Below are positions 24,892 to 34,941 of a DNA stretch of 64,000 bases, piece after piece. This DNA is from a virus. Position 1 is the first letter of the stretch, and each line of letters begins with the position of its first letter. The stretch lies in IMG/VR virus record IMGVR_UViG_3300020204_000008. The stretch is one strand, 5' to 3'. The notes under the pieces are model-generated. The model worked only from the letters and a program-made list of their open reading frames with translations. It did no database searches and had not been told where the DNA came from. The translations under genes were made by a program, and so were the position numbers.

Positions 24892-26720
24892 CGGTTAAAG
24901 TCTGAGAAATTCATTATCTTTTTTATAATAGCCTTATTGCTCTCAGTAAGAGTATCTGAAATAGTATGGTCTACCTTATCTCCCTTGCCTCCACGCTTAA
25001 CGTTTCCTTTTGCAATTTCATCGAAAAACTGATTAAATTCTTCAGTCGCTCCCTCTTTATCGTATTTCTTAGTAACCACATGCATGATCGTCGGCTGTCC
25101 ATAAAGTTTTGCATAGTGGTTTTGATACTCAGTGACCTTGTCTACTACTTCCTGATCTTGTGAATCTAAGTCTAGTGCAGGTAGGTAGACTGCTCCCTTT
25201 TCCTCCATTTCATCCTTTATTCGATTATCGATCCAGTGATTAAATGCTCCATTACCATGTCCTTCAACTTCTCTTTTAGACCACCTATTATTTGCACCGT
25301 CTACCCAATCTGACTTAAATATTATCTTATAGATTTGTTTACCGATAAAAAACCAGAGATCTTTTGAAAAGCGTTTACTTCCTTTCCAAAAAGCGGTGGT
25401 TTCAAAAAATGCATATGCTCTTTTTATCATCGAATCCCGAACTGCGTCTTTTTCAAGAGTCTTGGTGACTTTTGCTACGTCATCTCCGTTTTTATATAGT
25501 ATATTAGCCGCTGCTTCTGAGCCGGCTTTTTTCGAAGTCAAGCTATTAAGTTCTTTTTGTGTTAACTTTTCTATCTGACTCACTGGATATTTACCGATTT
25601 CTTTACCCTCTTTGCTTAATACTTTTATCCAAGGACCATCAAACGCAAAGTCTCCTCCAGCTTTGACTGCTGCATTGATTGTAAGAGCTGCTTCTTTCTT
25701 AGCCGCAGTTGTAATCAACTTAAAGTTAGCGCTGCCCAATGCCATCTTTTCGCCAAACTTTGTAAGAACTTTACCAACACCTTCAAATATTGGCTTTAAC
25801 AATGCTCCTAATCCTGGAATATATCCAGAAACTTTACCAAATGCTTGCACAAATTTTCCAAAAATAGATGTAGCCTTTCCGATCGCTCCGCCGATATTCC
25901 CAAAGATCTGTGTAAGAATCTTCATGACTCCTCCGCTCTCCTTAGCTGACATTTTTGCCATCATTTCTGCAGCCTGCTTGGTCTCTCCTTTGACACAGGC
26001 CATTGCGACTCTTTCAGCCGGCTTTGCAGCAAATTTAACTAATTTAAGAGCATCTCCGAAACCTATTACTACTGCTGCGATCACCGATATCGCGCATAAC
26101 ATCCATTCTCCACGATAAGCGTATATCGCAGCATTGATCAAGTCAGCTACGACTCCGACTCCAGGAAAAAAGAAATCTCCAAAAAGTCCAACGATATCAA
26201 TTATAAAATGAAGTATTCCAATTGGAGAACCGCCCTCGCTCACAGCATTCCATAAACTTTTAAGAATTGACCAGAAGCCACTGCCCTCTCTAGGCTGAAG
26301 AGGCCCGCCGGCTAAAGCTGCATCGATTCCTCCAGCAGACACGATAGGGTTGCCCAGCGCCAATGCATCTTCGTTTAGCATAGATACCAAGTATTCTTTG
26401 AAACTTTCGATAGATTCAGTTATCTTTGAGTCATTCGGAAATACTTTTCGTGCTGCTTCCAATACGTAGTTTGTTCCGCTTGACATCGACTTATAATAAT
26501 CAGTAATTCCATGTGTTCCTCGTCTTAAAATCATGTCAAGATGAAGATCAAATTTTAGATTATCCGGAATATTGGATTCGATGACACCTAGGGCGTGTGC
26601 CTCATTTACTATGTTATCAAAAGTAAGAATGTTTGAAAGTCTAGGACTAAGCGATTCAATCACTGAATTTAACGTTCCGAATTGTTGAATCTGACTCTCA
26701 GTTAGAGTTATGCTTGACAT
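24888..26720 (-). CDS. late protein with pre-toxin-TG-like hydrophobic region
   Basis: IDIVGLFGDFFFPGVGVVADLINAAIYAYRGEW; late promoter; C-terminal IKKIMNFSDFNR. Confidence 0.65.
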   Translation of the reverse strand: MSSITLTESQIQQFGTLNSVIESLSPRLSNILTFDNIVNEAHALGVIESNIPDNLKFDLHLDMILRRGTHGITDYYKSMSSGTNYVLEAARKVFPNDSKITESIESFKEYLVSMLNEDALALGNPIVSAGGIDAALAGGPLQPREGSGFWSILKSLWNAVSEGGSPIGILHFIIDIVGLFGDFFFPGVGVVADLINAAIYAYRGEWMLCAISVIAAVVIGFGDALKLVKFAAKPAERVAMACVKGETKQAAEMMAKMSAKESGGVMKILTQIFGNIGGAIGKATSIFGKFVQAFGKVSGYIPGLGALLKPIFEGVGKVLTKFGEKMALGSANFKLITTAAKKEAALTINAAVKAGGDFAFDGPWIKVLSKEGKEIGKYPVSQIEKLTQKELNSLTSKKAGSEAAANILYKNGDDVAKVTKTLEKDAVRDSMIKRAYAFFETTAFWKGSKRFSKDLWFFIGKQIYKIIFKSDWVDGANNRWSKREVEGHGNGAFNHWIDNRIKDEMEEKGAVYLPALDLDSQDQEVVDKVTEYQNHYAKLYGQPTIMHVVTKKYDKEGATEEFNQFFDEIAKGNVKRGGKGDKVDHTISDTLTESNKAIIKKIMNFSDFNR

Positions 26721-26743
26721 AAAAATCTTTCTTATTATTTATC

Positions 26744-27337
26744 TTATCGAATTACTTTTTTAGTCGATCCGTCCACATAGACGATAAAGACTATTCCTTT
26801 TTCGTATTCGCCGACTTCCTGGCCAAGTAGATTAACCCACTTAACTATCTTTTTTGTCTCTCGTCGATTATCAATACTGATCGGTCCGTACGCTATGCAT
26901 CTACCGTCTATGTCGTATTGAATTAATCGATAGTAATGTAAAGTAAATTGATTTATATTATCTAAATAGTAATAATTTATTTTAGTAGTTGAATTACCGG
27001 CAGCCGGTTTACTTGTTATTTCTTTCCACGTTTCCCCGTCGATTGATTTTTCAATTATAAAATGAGATGAATTTTGTTCAGATGCTGTTGCCCATTTTAA
27101 GCTATTGAATGAAGAATATTGCACACCTTCAAAATAAAGAAGCTCCACCGGTAAAGCTGCTGATATTCTGATTGTATATTCTTCTATCTCACCCCAACGA
27201 TAAGCAGTAGTTGAGTAAGCATCAGTGGATGGAGTAGAACCCCAAACGGATAAAACTCTCATCAAAACATCTCCTGTTATAGCGTCTATCGGTACCGTGA
27301 TAGATTGTGTGGTGCTGTTTGCTGGTGAAGCTTTCAT
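26744..27337 (-). CDS. fragment of Bacteroidota secreted-type protein (GEVED-like + LPVEL Ig-like domain)
   Basis: GEIEEYTI; LPVELLYFEG..LKWATASEQNSSHFIIEKSIDG; NLLGQ. Confidence 0.65.
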   Translation of the reverse strand: MKASPANSTTQSITVPIDAITGDVLMRVLSVWGSTPSTDAYSTTAYRWGEIEEYTIRISAALPVELLYFEGVQYSSFNSLKWATASEQNSSHFIIEKSIDGETWKEITSKPAAGNSTTKINYYYLDNINQFTLHYYRLIQYDIDGRCIAYGPISIDNRRETKKIVKWVNLLGQEVGEYEKGIVFIVYVDGSTKKVIR

Positions 27338-27491
27338 ACAACTAGTATTGATTGCACTGAGAATAGAGCATAGATCTAAATATACAGATCAATACAATTA
27401 GACTAATAGATCTTAAGATTGCCAACTTTCATGTAATTATTTTTACTCAAATAGAGCTTAAGTACATGATTATTTATAAAGGTTTACCTGG

Positions 27492-28565
27492 TTATCTTTC
27501 AGAGGAATTTAACTGGTCTAGATAGCTGTTCACAAAGTGTTTATACGCTTGAGCTAAACCTTCCTCATCACACTCATTTAAGTATGAATAAATTTCATAA
27601 AGATCGTCAATTGTCTCAAAGGAAAAGGCTGGGCACAAGAATTCAAACTTATAAGATATTGGAATCATACCAAAGATCATGGCTTCATATATTCTTGCTG
27701 GAATAAACTTTCTCTCATTGTATTTTTCTTTAGTGACATTTATCATGACTCTAGAATATTCTAGAGTGTCCCAGATCATGGCTCTGCGGTTTCTGTCAAG
27801 ATGAGTCACGTTATTCTTTTTTGAGAAAGATTCATAATCTTTTCTCTTACAAATTAGGTAGAAAAGTCCAAGCTGCTCGTTTTTTTCATAGTACTTGCTA
27901 ATCCAATTAAGAACGTCCATCAATATGCTGCTCTTAGCATTTCCGCTCTTGTATTTTGAAGTATCGATATTTCCATAAAAGACACTACTTACGCCTGACT
28001 TAAAATTAGATAAATTTAGGTTCACACAATCTACTAGAAAACAGTTCGATATTCCAGGAAAATCGATAGATGGAATCAAGATGGTGACTAATCCTCTAGT
28101 ACTTTCAACAAATTTATCTGAAAGAGAAAGATCAGTGTCAAGTATGATGATCTCTTTTTCTGAGTATCCTGACTCAATCGCACACTCTATGATTCTTTCA
28201 AAGTCTCGAGCATCCTTCCATTTTTTAGCAAGAGTGGAGAGATTTCTAAATCTAGCTTTTAAATAAAGTTTAGAATAGGTTCGGCTTGCAATTAAGTCTA
28301 GTAGGTTTTCGATATCATGAATCGGCCTATCGAATAATTCCTTTCGATACCTGCCAAAGAGTTCACCGAGTTCAGTATTTGGAAAGGCGTGAAGATTTGC
28401 AGACTTAGTCACTTCCTCTGGATAATATGAATAAAAATCGAATTTTTCTTCGCCAAAGGATTCTCTAAGTGAATCGACTAATCCTATCTGGTAAAGGGAG
28501 TGCCCGGGTGAATCAATATCATGTAGGTCAAGAAGACCGAAATATGCGTATAAACTTTTCTTCAT
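27492..28565 (-). CDS. GT-B glycosyltransferase-like protein
   Basis: VFYGN..MINVTK..IPARIYEAMIFGMIP. Confidence 0.55.
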   Translation of the reverse strand: MKKSLYAYFGLLDLHDIDSPGHSLYQIGLVDSLRESFGEEKFDFYSYYPEEVTKSANLHAFPNTELGELFGRYRKELFDRPIHDIENLLDLIASRTYSKLYLKARFRNLSTLAKKWKDARDFERIIECAIESGYSEKEIIILDTDLSLSDKFVESTRGLVTILIPSIDFPGISNCFLVDCVNLNLSNFKSGVSSVFYGNIDTSKYKSGNAKSSILMDVLNWISKYYEKNEQLGLFYLICKRKDYESFSKKNNVTHLDRNRRAMIWDTLEYSRVMINVTKEKYNERKFIPARIYEAMIFGMIPISYKFEFLCPAFSFETIDDLYEIYSYLNECDEEGLAQAYKHFVNSYLDQLNSSER

Positions 28566-28568
28566 GTC

Positions 28569-28994
28569 TTATTTTACTGGATTTTCAGCTTGGGTTCTGG
28601 CCCAAGCTAAGTATTTGCCTAATACGCCGTCAGTCGGCTCAACAGATAGGTCACCCTTCATGAAGATATCCCAGGAATCCTGGGCATACTTGCCGATTCC
28701 ATATAGTTCTTTAGGTTCTTGCCACGCTAGTGTGAGCCAGTCACTTGAGAATCGCTTGATAGTAGCCGTACGACGATTCCGGAATCCCAATGGAGCAAGG
28801 AGCTCTGCCATTTCACTAGAGTCGGCTTGGTCGGCTTCGACTGGGCCAGGATATCGGCTAAAAAATTCTTCTCTGACTCGATCTACTTGTTTTCTAGAAG
28901 TACAATTTAGCATGATACAACAAACGAGCACCCTCCATGGATGCTCGTTGTATATTTCTTGAAGAAGTAGGTATGGACTCTCTTTCTTAATCAT
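28569..28994 (-). CDS. MBD4-like HhH-GPD DNA glycosylase
   Basis: PWRVLVCCIMLNCTS..LAPLGF..ELYGIGKYAQDSWDIF..PTDGVL. Confidence 0.85.
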   Translation of the reverse strand: MIKKESPYLLLQEIYNEHPWRVLVCCIMLNCTSRKQVDRVREEFFSRYPGPVEADQADSSEMAELLAPLGFRNRRTATIKRFSSDWLTLAWQEPKELYGIGKYAQDSWDIFMKGDLSVEPTDGVLGKYLAWARTQAENPVK

Positions 28995-29787
28995 TCTTAA
29001 GAGCGACTACGTGAGTGATAAAGTTTTTACCGTACTCAACTGCCTCGATCTTACGAACCACGTCAAAATTGTTTTCAAGAATCGAAACTATCTCTTGGAA
29101 CTTTTGAACACGGTTTGCCTTAAGAGGTTTATACATAAAATGATATTCTATGATAAGTACCCTGATCTTAGACCAATCAGTGACTGCTTTTAATAGTTCA
29201 TATTCAGCCCCTTCGACATCCATCTTGATCGCAGTAGCTCCATGAGTAGAGATAGCTTCATTGATGTTGATCGCAGGCACGTGCAAAATATCTCGACCTC
29301 GAATAGGAAGAATTGAGTGCTTTCCCGAATCATTTGAGATGAAGAAATCAATAGTCGATTCTTCTCCAGGAACTATTGCTTTTTGGATTACTTTACACTC
29401 TGACTCTACGCCATTTATCTTGATGTTCTCTAGGGCAAATGATGCATTGTGAGGTAGAGCTTCGTATGCAATAACTTCCTTGATCTTTGGAAACTGGCGA
29501 GCCATGCGTATTGCAAAAAGGCCAATGTGTCCGCCGATGTCTAACCAAGTATCCTCCTGATTAAATACTGCATTTACATCCATTTCTAGACCGTATGCAG
29601 CCGAGGTTAGAGGTTTAATGTATTCACCGCTCTTTGGGCTCTTTGATACATTAGTACCGACATTATACTTGATCTCATTCAATCCTTTACGAATATAGAA
29701 CTGAAAGTCTCCATATTTTGTTTTCCAATCGATCAGTTCAAGTTGATCAAACTTCTTAGCTGTGTTAAAATCTATTCGAGTATCCAT
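28987..29787 (-). CDS. FkbM family methyltransferase
   Basis: WLDIGGHIGLF, YEALP, IKMDVEGAEY, IEYH. Confidence 0.9.
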   Translation of the reverse strand: MDTRIDFNTAKKFDQLELIDWKTKYGDFQFYIRKGLNEIKYNVGTNVSKSPKSGEYIKPLTSAAYGLEMDVNAVFNQEDTWLDIGGHIGLFAIRMARQFPKIKEVIAYEALPHNASFALENIKINGVESECKVIQKAIVPGEESTIDFFISNDSGKHSILPIRGRDILHVPAININEAISTHGATAIKMDVEGAEYELLKAVTDWSKIRVLIIEYHFMYKPLKANRVQKFQEIVSILENNFDVVRKIEAVEYGKNFITHVVALKND

Positions 29788-29804
29788 TTAAAAGTATTTA
29801 TTGA

Positions 29805-30080
29805 TTATTTTACTCTGGATACTTCTTTAGTTTTGATAGATTTTACTCTTTGTACTTTAAGAACTCCATTAGTCACCACGGTTGAGACTTGAACATTGTT
29901 CTTTTTAGAAAAATAATTGATTGATGCTCTAAAATTTAAAATGTCTCTTTTAGTAGAGAGACCTGAGACTTCAAAAAAGTTTCCTACTTTCATTTTAGAT
30001 AGACGTTGATCTAGGATAGACGCACGTTCTGTTACTAGTTTGGCTTTTTGAATCGGCCCGATTACAACTGGGTTTTTCAT
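29805..30080 (-). CDS. small basic, putative DNA-binding protein
   Basis: LSKMKVGNFFEV...RASINYFSKK; first gene of the operon. Confidence 0.5.
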   Translation of the reverse strand: MKNPVVIGPIQKAKLVTERASILDQRLSKMKVGNFFEVSGLSTKRDILNFRASINYFSKKNNVQVSTVVTNGVLKVQRVKSIKTKEVSRVK

Positions 30081-30130
30081 AATAAAATAATTTTTGATTA
30101 TTATACTAAGAAAAACTTAAAAATAAAAAT

Positions 30131-30385
30131 TTATCGTTTATTTTTAGATTGAGTCTTTTTCTTGATCGGACTCGCCTTTTCGATTTGGTCCTCACTGACT
30201 CTTTCATTCTTGCCTTGAATTAAGACCAAGTAGTGCTTTTTATCGATTGCTGTTACTTTACCGATTCGATCCTTTACTTTTACTTGTTCTCCTATTCTAA
30301 ATTTTGATCTTTTTTCTATGAATGGATCAAGCGACTCCTTTAGAGAGTCGCTTAGATATTGTGAATAAGAAAGTATTCTTTTCAA
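30131..30385 (-). CDS. SH3/KOW-like small protein with targeting-like N-terminus
   Basis: MKRILSYSQYLSDSLKES; FRIGEQVKVKDRIGKV. Confidence 0.6.
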   Translation of the reverse strand: MKRILSYSQYLSDSLKESLDPFIEKRSKFRIGEQVKVKDRIGKVTAIDKKHYLVLIQGKNERVSEDQIEKASPIKKKTQSKNKR

Positions 30386-30501
30386 GAAAGATCTTTAGTT
30401 TTTTCTGAGTTCATTGAATAAGCATCACAAGTTGCTTTCTTAGAACCTGCACAAGACGACAGAACTAAACTTGCTATTAAAATTATTATGATTAATCTCA
30501 T
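30382..30501 (-). CDS. small lipoprotein (39 aa, not in ORF track)
   Basis: MRLIIIILIASLVLSSC lipobox; ATGA coupling. Confidence 0.65.
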   Translation of the reverse strand: MRLIIIILIASLVLSSCAGSKKATCDAYSMNSEKTKDLS

Positions 30502-32093
30502 TTTAAGTCTCTTTTAAATAGGTCAAGTCCAACGTAATCACTCTTAAGAGAAACGATAGATGCTTCGATTGATTCTCGGATTCCAGTAAGTTTCTTGACT
30601 GCTTCTGAATCAACATCAGGATTAGAGATAGCCTTTTGAAGTTTTTCCATTGTCTCTTCCAACTTAGTGATATCTATTGAGATTGCATTTTTTCGGTCCT
30701 CAATCTTTTTAAAAGATTCGATCTTTTCATCGATCTTAGTCTTAAAGATTGGACTGATATCGTAATTGAATTTAGCTGCACAGAACTCATATAGTTCGTA
30801 CTCATCCACTTTTTTCCATTCTCTTTCAGCAGCATTTAATTTTTCACAAACATAAAACTCATCATTTAACTTAAGAATAAATGCTTCGCTTAGTGTTCGG
30901 TCATTAGTTAATTCTTTTATGAAATCAAAGTTAAATAAGTTACTCGAGTTTTCGAATAGAGTCAAGACCTTGTTTTTAACTTCGCCGCTTTCTAGAGAAA
31001 GGGCTTCCATTAAATTGATATCGTCTAGGTTAGAAACTTTAGATTCATTTAAGTAAAGATCTAATTCTTTTTCCTCATTTGTCTTAAAGCTAATATTAAA
31101 GTTTCTGATGGCTGAAGAATCTACGCTCGTTCCGTCTAAATTCTTTTTAAATCCTAGAGTAGCAAATGACTCAGCAACCTTATAGAATTTTGGAAACTTT
31201 TCCTTAATATAATTAGGATCAACTTCTGCGATCTTGAATTTTCCATCGATATGCACCTTCGTCTCTTTGCCAGTCAATCCTCTAGATTCACGGATTGAAA
31301 CGAATCGATTGTCCATATAAAGAATCATTCCGTCTTTAGCTTTAGTCGCTGGTGTGATCAGGTTAGTCACGTTAGTGAATGAATCCCCTTCACCTAACGT
31401 AAAATATCCTAATGTTTGAGATTCAAGTAATCGTAAGTCATTTACTAATTGATTAACGATCGGAACAGCCGTTCCATATTTGATCTTAAGTATATCAGAC
31501 GTATACGATTCTGCAAGTAACATGTTCTTAAGATCTTGGCTCACTGCTGAATATTGCGGATTCGGCATTGAATCCATTGTGTAAATAGCGTTTAAGAATA
31601 ATAATTCAGATCGGTTCTCATTAATGTACTTTTCAACTTTCGCGATCTGTGTCTTAATAGTTGAATCGTATTTATGCTTTGAGAATGCTTGAATAAAACC
31701 TTCACATAGTGCAAAATCAGGAGTACCGTTATTCAAGTAAGATTCAAATAATTCTACCTGATTGATCACGATAGGGTTTGTACCAGACTTAGATTCACGA
31801 ATAGCTTTTAATTTCTCAGAAAGCTTTGCCTTTTTCGCAACGCCTGCTATTTGTGATTCGGGAGTAGTTTCAACCTTTTTAAACTGCTCTAGAATAGTAG
31901 TTAATTTTTTGCTCTTAACCTTAGCATTGATTGAAGTTAATCCGCTCTTTATGTTATTATAAATTACTGGAGTCGGTTCACCCAATGAGATCGATTTATC
32001 AATCGATTCAGTTAACATTTTTACTAATGGGTCTGATTTAAGAGTAGAGTTAGTCTTAAGTTCAGCTAATATTTTGTCGACGAAGCCTTTCAT
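30498..32093 (-). CDS. late protein, possible prohead core/scaffold-associated
   Basis: Late promoter; many L/I-x-E-S sites; C-terminal coiled coil. Confidence 0.5.
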   Translation of the reverse strand: MKGFVDKILAELKTNSTLKSDPLVKMLTESIDKSISLGEPTPVIYNNIKSGLTSINAKVKSKKLTTILEQFKKVETTPESQIAGVAKKAKLSEKLKAIRESKSGTNPIVINQVELFESYLNNGTPDFALCEGFIQAFSKHKYDSTIKTQIAKVEKYINENRSELLFLNAIYTMDSMPNPQYSAVSQDLKNMLLAESYTSDILKIKYGTAVPIVNQLVNDLRLLESQTLGYFTLGEGDSFTNVTNLITPATKAKDGMILYMDNRFVSIRESRGLTGKETKVHIDGKFKIAEVDPNYIKEKFPKFYKVAESFATLGFKKNLDGTSVDSSAIRNFNISFKTNEEKELDLYLNESKVSNLDDINLMEALSLESGEVKNKVLTLFENSSNLFNFDFIKELTNDRTLSEAFILKLNDEFYVCEKLNAAEREWKKVDEYELYEFCAAKFNYDISPIFKTKIDEKIESFKKIEDRKNAISIDITKLEETMEKLQKAISNPDVDSEAVKKLTGIRESIEASIVSLKSDYVGLDLFKRDLK

Positions 32094-32134
32094 TTCGTGA
32101 ATTATTATTTTTTTTTATTTATCTCAATAAAACG

Positions 32135-34150
32135 TTAATTATTTGATGTACGTTTAGATTTGATTTTAGATTTAGATCCATTCGTTTGTATTGACTTTGA
32201 TTTAGCGACACCGAATCGGTTTACAATCGGAGCTTCTCCCTTACTCTTTATGGTAGAAGTAGCTTCCACCTTATTTGCAAGATCAAACTTAGTTATGGTC
32301 GATAACCTGTCTTTGATTCCAGTAAGTATCTTATTCAGGTCTTTCTTGGCAGCTGCATCTTTTTTGGCTTGAGTGATTGCAGCATCAACATCTGCTTGCT
32401 CACTAGGCTTTCTCCACTCTCCAGTATACATTAAGGTCTCGCGACCGTCTTGGGAAACTGAAACTAGATACACTGTTTTATTTTTTGAATTAGATATGGA
32501 CTCGCTGTCCTTTTTAGCAACGTTAAAGGTGATCTGGCCAGTAGATAAATTTTCCTGGCTTGAATCATTTACGTTATCTATTGCGACCTTACCTGAAGAA
32601 GTCTCAAAAACAAGTCGATATTTTGCTGCATTGACGTTTAGGTCCAATGGAACTAGTGGATTTTCAGCATTTGCGAGAGTCGCCTCAGTAAATACTTTTA
32701 ACTTAAGCACGTTATCAAATGGAGAGAGAACAAATCTTAGTTTTCCAGGACTAAACACTACTTCTTCAGAAGAATCAGTAGATTTAATCATTGAATTTAC
32801 ATTAGATATTGATATGTTATTATTGTTAAAGAAGATGGGAACATACTCAGTACGAACCACTTCTGTCACTTGCGATGGCATCATCGGCGTGATCACTGCC
32901 TGCTGATTTAGTGGAGTCGGTTCAATAAAGAGTGAAGTCGCTTCAAAGTTATTTTTAACAATTTTATTGTATACTCTCTGCGACTGTGGTTTATTAAGTA
33001 GAGGTAAGTTGATTAGGCTTTTTCCGTATTTTTTTGGAGAGATGAGACTAAATGACGCTTCTCTAATTATCTGTTCGCCGTTTCTTCTATTAGTCAATCG
33101 GGCAAGGTAATCAACTGACATGCTAATGGCTTCATGGGCATACTTAAGCACTGGTCGAAACACGTTAGGTTCATCGTATGAATCGTCTTGAAAAAATACT
33201 AACCTTGCAGTATTAATGAATGCCGTTCCTACTTGTTCAAAGACGCTTAACTGATGAACTATTATCCAATCATCAGCTGGGTTTCTGTTATTTAAGATGG
33301 CTATCAATTCTCCAGGAAAGAATGAATTGAACGTAAGATAGAATTCAAGATAGTCTCCGACTGCTGCTTCATTAACGTACGCTCCTACATTATTAAATTC
33401 ATTAGTCTGAGAAACGGTTGCAGTATACGCTTCTGATACTTCATATGAATCATACGTCATTGAAGTATTTGTGAGTATCTGTTTTTTGGTTCCACATTCC
33501 AACAAGGACAGAGTTATGGGATTGTTATACACTAAGCCAGACGGCCCGGTCGGACTTGGTGTGATTGCCGCTGCAAACGTTAGTGCAGGCACAGGTGCAG
33601 TCACAAAGTCCTCATTGATATTCTTTATTGACGGTATATAAATGTCTATGTATCGATCATAAATAGCGTTTGAAAGAAATAGAGGCTTTGGATTAAATAT
33701 TATGAGCTGAGAAATGGTTTCGGGAGAAACCAAGACATTCGCAAAAATATTGACAGTGCCGTTGTTTTCAGGATTGTTTACTGAGAGAATTAAGGCTTTA
33801 AAATTATCAAAATCAAAACCTGACACAAAGTGAAATCGTAGTCTATCCATCACAACATTATATCCAGATAGAGTAGTAGAGGTCAATTGAGTATTGTAGT
33901 TTAGGTAATTCGGTATCTTTTCACTATCTAAGTGGACATACGTATTGTTTTCAATAGGAACAACTGTTAAGTCTTGAATGTTTTTTAACGTGTTATATGA
34001 AGAATCTGTATTAAATATCTGATGAGCTCCAGTAATAGCATTTTCAACAAAGACGAAATCTTCATTATAGAAATTTAGGGAACCGATCTGTTCGAACTGA
34101 TATTCTACTATGCAGTATGAAGAGAGATTTATGAATCTATTTTGTGCCAT
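32135..34150 (-). CDS. putative virion structural protein
   Basis: 671 aa beta-rich ORF in the morphogenesis region. Confidence 0.55.
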   Translation of the reverse strand: MAQNRFINLSSYCIVEYQFEQIGSLNFYNEDFVFVENAITGAHQIFNTDSSYNTLKNIQDLTVVPIENNTYVHLDSEKIPNYLNYNTQLTSTTLSGYNVVMDRLRFHFVSGFDFDNFKALILSVNNPENNGTVNIFANVLVSPETISQLIIFNPKPLFLSNAIYDRYIDIYIPSIKNINEDFVTAPVPALTFAAAITPSPTGPSGLVYNNPITLSLLECGTKKQILTNTSMTYDSYEVSEAYTATVSQTNEFNNVGAYVNEAAVGDYLEFYLTFNSFFPGELIAILNNRNPADDWIIVHQLSVFEQVGTAFINTARLVFFQDDSYDEPNVFRPVLKYAHEAISMSVDYLARLTNRRNGEQIIREASFSLISPKKYGKSLINLPLLNKPQSQRVYNKIVKNNFEATSLFIEPTPLNQQAVITPMMPSQVTEVVRTEYVPIFFNNNNISISNVNSMIKSTDSSEEVVFSPGKLRFVLSPFDNVLKLKVFTEATLANAENPLVPLDLNVNAAKYRLVFETSSGKVAIDNVNDSSQENLSTGQITFNVAKKDSESISNSKNKTVYLVSVSQDGRETLMYTGEWRKPSEQADVDAAITQAKKDAAAKKDLNKILTGIKDRLSTITKFDLANKVEATSTIKSKGEAPIVNRFGVAKSKSIQTNGSKSKIKSKRTSNN

Positions 34151-34152
34151 CT

Positions 34153-34941
34153 TTATCTTTTTCTTTTAAAGCTTTTGATTCGATATATGTAACACACTCC
34201 GACTTGATTTAGGGTGCTTGCGCCCAATACGATGTTATGCTGATCAAATAAATTAATTCCAAAATTTACGCCCAGTCCCTGACGACTGTCGTTTAGTGAG
34301 TACAAGTATGATCCACCGATCAGCCATTGTATCTTTTTAGATTTTACAGGCACATATTCTTCTGGCGGAATGCTCACGATCGATAGTGAATCCACCCTTA
34401 ACCATTCTGGGCCAATGATTCGACTCTTCCATAAACCTCTAGACTCTTCAGTAAGAACCACTTTTATTGGAAGCTTGCCAAAAGAAAAGGTTCCGCGGTA
34501 CGCAGCAGTATTCTTATTTACCCATCCGTCCCAAAAAACAAAGGGCTCCTTTTCGTCTGGATATTTTAGGGAAAGATTCAGCTTATTCGTGTCCAAAGGA
34601 TCCTCTTTTGCAAATCCCTGTACGACTTTTTCATCTAGCGATATTATTGAACTAGTTATGCTTAATAATTTTTCATCCTGCTCTTTAATTTCTCTATAAA
34701 GTTCTCTGTTATTTTCTTTTAGGTCTTTTAATAGGTCCCTTTGACTAGAATAATAATCGACTAATTTTGCGTATCTACCATCGGCTTCTTTTGTAAGCTT
34801 GTCCGACGCAATGATTGATTTTTTAAGCTGATCAATCTCGCGATCATATCCTTTTTGAAGCTCGCAATTCTTCATAAGAAGCACAACGATCGCACAGGAC
34901 ATAATGGTACCAATAAATCGATATATTGTTTCCTTATTCAT
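34153..34941 (-). CDS. membrane-anchored coiled-coil protein (spanin-like candidate)
   Basis: N-terminal TM, coiled coil, C-terminal amphipathic beta strands. Confidence 0.4.
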   Translation of the reverse strand: MNKETIYRFIGTIMSCAIVVLLMKNCELQKGYDREIDQLKKSIIASDKLTKEADGRYAKLVDYYSSQRDLLKDLKENNRELYREIKEQDEKLLSITSSIISLDEKVVQGFAKEDPLDTNKLNLSLKYPDEKEPFVFWDGWVNKNTAAYRGTFSFGKLPIKVVLTEESRGLWKSRIIGPEWLRVDSLSIVSIPPEEYVPVKSKKIQWLIGGSYLYSLNDSRQGLGVNFGINLFDQHNIVLGASTLNQVGVCYIYRIKSFKRKR

